A stretch of 64,000 bases of DNA from Limisphaerales bacterium (GTDB lineage: Bacteria; Verrucomicrobiota; Verrucomicrobiia; Limisphaerales; UBA11358). This document shows, piece after piece, positions 58,487 to 64,000 of this stretch (position 1 is the stretch's first letter; each line of letters begins with the position of its first letter). The notes beneath the pieces are model-generated. The model worked only from the letters and a program-made list of their open reading frames with translations, was not told the origin of the DNA and ran no database searches. The DNA is taken from NCBI GenBank assembly GCA_037200545.1, contig JBBCGE010000004.1:310970-374969 (forward strand), read 5' to 3'. The position numbers were made by a program, and so were the translations under genes.

Positions 58487-60112
58487 TCATTTCCGGCGCA
58501 GGATGAAGACACTGGCCAGACCGGTGTTGGTCCGGTTGGCAAGGTTGTCGTCCCAGTAAAATTCCGTGGGCCGGTCGTCATAGATGTCCACCTTTCCAGC
58601 CATCTCATAATTTTGCGCGTAATTGGCCCACCATGTGTTGATTTCCCCCATGGCCCGGTCGCTCTTGCCGTGGGTGAACACGGAGCACCAGGAAGACAGC
58701 GTGTTGTCATATACCACAAATCGCGGTTGCGCGGATTCAATTTCCCGGATGAATTCACTTCGCATCTGCCCGGCCAGCGGATGTTTTTCAGTCAACGAAT
58801 AAACATAAATGTAACCGGTGGCGGAACGGCGGTGGGCGAGGAAAAAAATCTGCGGTTCGGAGCCGAGCACGGCAACGGTGTCGGTCGGCGAGGAGTTCGC
58901 GGCGAGGTAGGCGGCGATGGCGGGTGATTCGGGAAATGGGCTGTTGCCGTAGATTTCGCGACAAACCTGATCCGGCGACGACAGGAACCAATCTGTTCCA
59001 TTCCGCAGAAAAAGTTCGACGACGACGACTAAAAAAAGACACGGCGGCAGGAATCGCAGTTGCGGGATCCGTGGAAACTTTTTCAGCCAAATGGCCATTT
59101 TCAGCAGCAGCGTGGCCGTCAGCAAGGCCAGCCCGGGCATGACCATCAAAAAATAATGCCCCCGAAAATAGAATCCGGGACACAGCGCGACCAGCCCGGC
59201 GAAAAACAATCCTGCGCCCGCCACGACCGCTCGCCGTTGCTGTGTCTTGAAAAATATCAAACCTAGCGCCGCCAGCCCCAGCAACCAAGGCCACACCGCA
59301 GAAAAGAATATCGGGCCAAATCTCTCAGCAAATGTCTTTGGCACCGTGGACATGGCCAGGATGGAAACATACTGCCGTGCGTATTCTATCGTCCAAAATG
59401 TGAAGCGATTCCAGACGCCGCAAAGCGCCAGGCCGGCCGCCGTCAGCACCAGCGGCAAGGCAACACCGGCAACGAACAACGCCAGCGGCGTGAACCACCT
59501 CGATTTTTGCTTCAGCTTTTGCCAGATGAGCCACGCGCCGGCGGCGACGCAAAAAACGGCGGCATGCTGCTTCATCAAAACCGCCGTGCCGAACGCCGCT
59601 CCGGCGAAGATCAACCACATCCGCGAAAATTTTCCCTCCGCCCGCAGCAGCGCGCAGCTGCCGGCGCAGACGAAAAGCACCACCAGATGCGTGGCATGTC
59701 CCGCCAGCCCGTAAGTCCATGGAATGGCCGACATCATCCCGAACAACCCGGCGGCCATCAGTCCGCCCAAATCGGACAACAGCATCCGGCCGATGAAAAA
59801 CATGAACGTGATGCTCAGTGAAGTGACGAGGATGATGCCGAGGTGGATGCCTTCCGCCGTCTGCCCGAAGACCGCCATGAGGAGCGCATATGAAAAGTAT
59901 GTGCCCGGAAATTTCATGTTCCACGCCGCTTGATACGGGGGCACACCCTGGAGCAACAACTGGCCCGCGTAAGCGTATTCACCTTCGTCGCGTTCCAGCG
60001 GCATCGTACGGAGGTGCCAGCGGATGGCGAAATTGGCTGCCACAATCAAAGCCAGCAGCAGCCATGTGGATTTGCGTGCCGGTAAATTATTGATGTAACC
60101 ACGCCCGTTCAC
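58487..60112 (-). CDS. GT-C glycosyltransferase (ArnT/PMT_2, family 39-like)
   Basis: ERDEGEYAY, PY...W..K.PG, LMKQ, many TM segments. Confidence 0.82.
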   Translation of the reverse strand: MNGRGYINNLPARKSTWLLLALIVAANFAIRWHLRTMPLERDEGEYAYAGQLLLQGVPPYQAAWNMKFPGTYFSYALLMAVFGQTAEGIHLGIILVTSLSITFMFFIGRMLLSDLGGLMAAGLFGMMSAIPWTYGLAGHATHLVVLFVCAGSCALLRAEGKFSRMWLIFAGAAFGTAVLMKQHAAVFCVAAGAWLIWQKLKQKSRWFTPLALFVAGVALPLVLTAAGLALCGVWNRFTFWTIEYARQYVSILAMSTVPKTFAERFGPIFFSAVWPWLLGLAALGLIFFKTQQRRAVVAGAGLFFAGLVALCPGFYFRGHYFLMVMPGLALLTATLLLKMAIWLKKFPRIPQLRFLPPCLFLVVVVELFLRNGTDWFLSSPDQVCREIYGNSPFPESPAIAAYLAANSSPTDTVAVLGSEPQIFFLAHRRSATGYIYVYSLTEKHPLAGQMRSEFIREIESAQPRFVVYDNTLSSWCSVFTHGKSDRAMGEINTWWANYAQNYEMAGKVDIYDDRPTEFYWDDNLANRTNTGLASVFILRRK

Positions 60113-60264
60113 TGTGCGAGCATGTCAATGCACTGCAGGCTTTAAAAGAAAAAACCCGCTGGACAACCGGGCCGATTGTCCGTCTCAAATTAGACCGCGA
60201 ACCATGCCAAATACACAAAAGAAAAATCCTGTTTGCGTATTTTGGATATTTCGCGATTGCTAAA

Positions 60265-60684
60265 TTACTCCCCAATAATTTTCACCAGCGCACGCTTGCG
60301 GCGGTTGCCGTCGAACTCGCCGTAGAAAATCTGTTCCCACGGGCCGAAATCCAGTTTGCCCTTCGTGATGGCCACCACGACTTCGCGGCCCATGATCTGC
60401 CGTTTCAGATGAGCATCGGCGTTGTCTTCGCCGGTACGGTTATGCTGGTAGTGAGTGGTGGGCGCGTGCGGCGCGAGTTTTTCCAGCCAGACTTCGTAAT
60501 CGTGCAGCAGCCCGTCCTCGGCATCGTTGATAAAGACGCTGGCGGTGATGTGCATGGCATTGACGAGGCAGAGACCCTCCTGCACGCCGCTTTTGCGGAC
60601 GAGCCCGGCGACGGTGTCGGTGATGTTCACAAAGCCGCGACGGCCCGGCACTTCAAACCAAAGCTGTTCGGTGAGTGATTTCAT
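60265..60684 (-). CDS. yjbQ: YjbQ (UPF0047) secondary thiamine-phosphate synthase family
   Basis: HITAS...ND, Y.H...[21 protein letters not shown]. Confidence 0.92.
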   Translation of the reverse strand: MKSLTEQLWFEVPGRRGFVNITDTVAGLVRKSGVQEGLCLVNAMHITASVFINDAEDGLLHDYEVWLEKLAPHAPTTHYQHNRTGEDNADAHLKRQIMGREVVVAITKGKLDFGPWEQIFYGEFDGNRRKRALVKIIGE

Positions 60685-60733
60685 GTTGCAGATATGCCGC
60701 AGTCGAACGCATTGTGCAAGCGGGCTTTGTTAG

Positions 60734-60813
60734 TGGCACGGGCATCCTGCCCGTGTGTTTCAGCCACAGTCAGGCCTACACAACCAGAAACTCGCTGGCA
60801 GGATGCCCGTGCC
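60734..60813. repeat. TGGCACGGGCATCCTGCC inverted REP-like pair
   Basis: tggcacgggcatcctgcc ... ggcaggatgcccgtgcca; degenerate relative at 48571-48651. Confidence 0.75.
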
Positions 60814-60931
60814 ACTACGCTACTCGAAACCGGGATGCGCCCGGGCCAGACAAAGGTAGTATTTTTTTCTGGTTTGCGGTGCGACGCGGGTTTAATGTCG
60901 GTTCACAGTCACACCAAAACCGCTTACGCTT

Positions 60932-61426
60932 ATGGATATTGTTTTTAACTGCCCCAACTGCGAGCAGGAACTGGAAGTGGACAGTTCCGGTGCCGGCACG
61001 GAGATCGAATGCCCTTCGTGTCATGAAACTATAACGATTCCCGGAGCGGCCACGCCTGCTGCGCCAGCGGAGCCGCCGCCCACCCTGGCCGCCAGCCCCA
61101 TCTCCACCTCCGCCGCCGCCAAGATTGAAAGGCATCTCAAGGTGCCGGTGCTGGACAAGTCGCCCGCCCCGCTGATCTCCAAGCCGAAACCACCGCTGGA
61201 GGCGGTGATGCGCGGTGTCGGCAAAAAAATCATCTCACATACCATCCGGCATCTGGCATGCGTCGAATCCGGCCATGACAAGTTTGACGAGGTGGTCACC
61301 AAGTTCCTCAACGAGGTGGGCGAAGCCAACATCATCGGTATCCACACGATTTCTTATTCGATGCTGGACATCGGCTCGCAAAAGCTGCTCAACGATTATG
61401 GCGTGCTGGTGGTTTATCGCAGTTGA
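60932..61426 (+). CDS. Zn-ribbon hypothetical protein
   Basis: CPNC...CPSC N-terminus, Pro/Ala linker. Confidence 0.75.
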   Translation: MDIVFNCPNCEQELEVDSSGAGTEIECPSCHETITIPGAATPAAPAEPPPTLAASPISTSAAAKIERHLKVPVLDKSPAPLISKPKPPLEAVMRGVGKKIISHTIRHLACVESGHDKFDEVVTKFLNEVGEANIIGIHTISYSMLDIGSQKLLNDYGVLVVYRS

Positions 61427-61478
61427 AATCCATGGTGCCCGCCTTGACTTGCCGATTTCGGCTCGCTAACGTCAACGC

Positions 61479-62483
61479 ATGAATCGCCGGTTCATTCTCC
61501 TGTTTTTGGTCGTCGCGTTCGTGGCCTTGCTGCCGTTTCGCTCCCCCGCGCCCTTGATCTATGCGCCCGGCGAAGGCTGGTACTATGAGCCGGCCGGTGC
61601 GAACGGAAAATGGACGCGCACCCGGGCGAAGGACCAGCTCGAAGTGGCGGAAACGGCCTTCCAAAACAAGGATTACTCCACCACGTCGCATGCGGCCTAC
61701 CGCGTCCTGAAAGTCTGGCCGCTGTCGGACTATGCGCCACGCGCCGAATACCTCATCGGACGCTGCCTCGAAATGGAGCATCGGGACGAGGCCGCGTTCA
61801 ACCGTTATCAGGAACTCCTGAAGAAATATCCGCGCAGCCAGAATTACGACGAGGTCCTGTGGCGGCAGTATGAAATCGCGAACCGTTTCTACGGCGGACA
61901 ATTTTTCCGTATTTTCTGGGGTTATCTGCCGCTGTACACCTCGATGGATGAAACCGCCAGGATGTATGGCAAGATCGTGAATAACGGCCCTTACAGCGAT
62001 GTGGCTCCGCACGCGCAATTGCAGGCCGGTGCCGCGCGCGAAAAGGAAAAAAATTACGAGGAAGCGGTGAAGGCTTATGAGCTTGCCGCAGACCGTTACC
62101 ATAACCAGCCGGTCATCGCCGCCGATGCGATGTATCGTTGGGCCATCGCCTACGAAAAACAGGCCACGAAAGCCGAATACGACCAGGGGAAGGCCGGCCA
62201 GGCCATCGCCGCCTACACGGATTTTATGACCATTTTCCCGGACGACAAACGGGTGCCGACGGCGCAGAAGGCCATCGTCGCCCTCAAGGCCGAACAAGTG
62301 CGCGGCAGCTTTGTGGTCGCACAATTTTATGAAAACAGCAAAACCTTGAGCCCGGTCCAGCGGCATAAAGGCGCGATCGTTTATTACAACGAGGTGTTGC
62401 AGCTCAATCCCAATTCGCCTTATGCAGCGCAGGCCCGGGAACGCATCGAGGCGTTGAAACTGCTCCTGCAACCCGCCAGTTAA
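61479..62483 (+). CDS. bamD: Outer membrane protein assembly factor BamD-like TPR protein
   Basis: TPR helices, YP.S, AQFY...A..YY; upstream of lptE-like gene. Confidence 0.8.
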   Translation: MNRRFILLFLVVAFVALLPFRSPAPLIYAPGEGWYYEPAGANGKWTRTRAKDQLEVAETAFQNKDYSTTSHAAYRVLKVWPLSDYAPRAEYLIGRCLEMEHRDEAAFNRYQELLKKYPRSQNYDEVLWRQYEIANRFYGGQFFRIFWGYLPLYTSMDETARMYGKIVNNGPYSDVAPHAQLQAGAAREKEKNYEEAVKAYELAADRYHNQPVIAADAMYRWAIAYEKQATKAEYDQGKAGQAIAAYTDFMTIFPDDKRVPTAQKAIVALKAEQVRGSFVVAQFYENSKTLSPVQRHKGAIVYYNEVLQLNPNSPYAAQARERIEALKLLLQPAS

Positions 62484-62485
62484 AG

Positions 62486-62995
62486 ATGCGCCTGCCCGCA
62501 ATTTTCTGGCCGGTGCGATGGCGCTGCTCAACGGCTGCGCCAGCTACCATTTGGGCCCCGTCAATGGCGCGACCGCCGGTGCCAGATCCATTGAGGTTTT
62601 TCCATTCAACAACCAGACCCTACAGCCGCGGCTCGGCGATGCCGTCACGCAGGCGTTGCGCGAACGTCTGCAAACGGACGGCACCTATCATCTCGACACC
62701 CATGGCGGGGCCGACGTGGTCGTCACCGGCGTCATCATTCGTTACCATCGTATTGGACTGGCTTACCTGAACACGGATGTGACGACCGCGCAAAGCTACC
62801 GCATCAATATCACCGCCAAGGTCACCGCCCGGGAACGCGCGTCGGGTAAGGTGATCCTTGAAAAAGACGTGTCCGGCTACACGCTGGTGACGGTCGGCAC
62901 TGACCTGGCCTCCGCCGAGCGGCAGGCCACGCCGCTGCTCGCCCAGGAATCTGGCCCAAAACATCAGTGAACTGATCACCGAAGGCACCTGGTGA
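62486..62995 (+). CDS. lptE: LptE-like lipoprotein, two apparent 1-nt frameshifts
   Basis: LNGC.Y.LG, F.N.T..P; restoring indels near 62504 and 62949 gives MRLPAIFLAGAM...AQDLAQNISELITEGTW. Confidence 0.75.
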
Positions 62996-63079
62996 AATTG
63001 GTTGAATTTTTTGAAACTAATTTTTATTTTGCAGCGTCTTTTGTGTCGTCGCTTAATTAACCAATAATCTCAAATTCAA

Positions 63080-63538
63080 ATGAAAAAAATGATCTTTAAA
63101 ATCACAGCCTTGAGCCTGTTTGCCGCGGCCCTGATGGTCGCACCGGCAACCATCCGCGCACAAGATGCCACAAATGCCCCGGCCACGCCCGACACGTCCG
63201 TCAAGCACAAGAAGCATGACACAGTGCCGTTCCATGGAAAATTGATTGCCGTGGACAAAAACGCCATGACGTTGAAGGTGGGCGAACGCACCTTTGAAAT
63301 CTCGTCGGAAACCAAAATCAGCAAGACCAGCGGCCCGGCGACGTTGGCGGATGGCGTGGTCGGTGAAATGGTCAGCGGCGTCTACAAGAAATCCAAGGAT
63401 GGGAAATTGATCGCAACGACTGTCCACTTCGGCCCAAAACCTGAAAGCGACCAAGCTGAAAGTGTGAAAAAGAAGAAGAAGGTTACGGCTGGCAGCGCAA
63501 CCAACGCAGTGCCAAGCGGTGCAAGCATTCCAAATTGA
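63080..63538 (+). CDS. Secreted hypothetical protein (DUF5666-like OB fold)
   Basis: Signal peptide; GK..AVD...TL.V, TKI, L.D..VGE.V. Confidence 0.7.
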   Translation: MKKMIFKITALSLFAAALMVAPATIRAQDATNAPATPDTSVKHKKHDTVPFHGKLIAVDKNAMTLKVGERTFEISSETKISKTSGPATLADGVVGEMVSGVYKKSKDGKLIATTVHFGPKPESDQAESVKKKKKVTAGSATNAVPSGASIPN

Positions 63539-63559
63539 GGAGGAACTTTTAAGACTTTC

Positions 63560-63591
63560 AAGGCGGGCGGCAACGCCCGCCTTTTATTTTA
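63560..63591 (+). terminator. Intrinsic terminator between convergent genes
   Basis: AAGGCGGGCG-gcaa-CGCCCGCCTT followed by T run. Confidence 0.8.
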
Positions 63592-64000
63592 TTAACGCCG
63601 CCACCAACTCGTCAGGCCCTTGGCCTTGTGCGGATTCTGGCTTTGCGGGGATTGGGACCGTTCCCGGAGCAGCAGGCTGCGCGCGGCTTCCAGCGAAATG
63701 ATGAATTCGTCATAGCTCAAGAACCGGTCCGAAGGTTTCTTTGCCATGGCTTTCACCAGCGCATCGCTCGTCGGGTGTGTGATTTCCGGCAGGACCAAGT
63801 TCGGTGCGGTCAACGGCTCCTTCACCTGGGCGGTCACCAGTTCCTCAACCGTCGGCGCATCAAATGGCACCGCCCCGGTCAGTGCGTGGTAAAGCGTGGC
63901 CCCCAGGCTGTACATGTCGGACAAAAAAGTCTCCGGCTCGCGATTGATCTTTTCCGGCGCGACGTAATAGGGCGTTCCGTCCACCATGCTGCCATATTCC
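63592..64000 (-). CDS. Ser/Thr protein kinase, C-terminal part (runs off window)
   Basis: GTPYYVAPE, SDMYSLG.TLY..LTG..PF, K.P.DR. Confidence 0.9.
   Translation of the reverse strand, partial: EYGSMVDGTPYYVAPEKINREPETFLSDMYSLGATLYHALTGAVPFDAPTVEELVTAQVKEPLTAPNLVLPEITHPTSDALVKAMAKKPSDRFLSYDEFIISLEAARSLLLRERSQSPQSQNPHKAKGLTSWWRR

Overview
Chromosomal window from a Verrucomicrobiota-like (Pedosphaera/Limisphaerales-type) bacterium, judged from gene content (ECF-TIGR03435 fusion, H-X9-DG prepilin-like protein, C-terminal ...RFYR secreted-protein tail). 1-35.2 kb is accessory DNA stacked at the 3' end of a tRNA-Cys gene. An inner ~21 kb integrative mobilizable element (14171-35152, 21-bp att repeat) carries a MOBQ relaxase, candidate oriT, coupling protein, TA pair, RadC, a giant FN3-repeat protein, Fic, TIR and an embedded P4-type integrase with an attP-like junction. 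An outer element with a paralogous integrase lies next to aromatic-acid catabolic genes. 35.2-64 kb is mostly core genome (mtnA, hpnA, coaB, recG, guaA, yjbQ, bamD, lptE) with small insertions, REP-like palindromes and a lone attC cassette pair. The stand-out signal is a small AT-rich cassette upstream of mtnA (38103-39416). It holds a stand-alone Cas7/RAMP-like gene followed 9 nt later by 15 perfect GGY-NN pentamers with variable NN dinucleotides, an intrinsic terminator and a PD-(D/E)XK-like nuclease gene. This is a candidate non-CRISPR RNA-guided system (VIPR-like) whose guide information would lie in the NN positions. Several single-base frameshifts at short homopolymers look like sequencing errors. 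All family assignments are from motif recognition by eye, not database searches.
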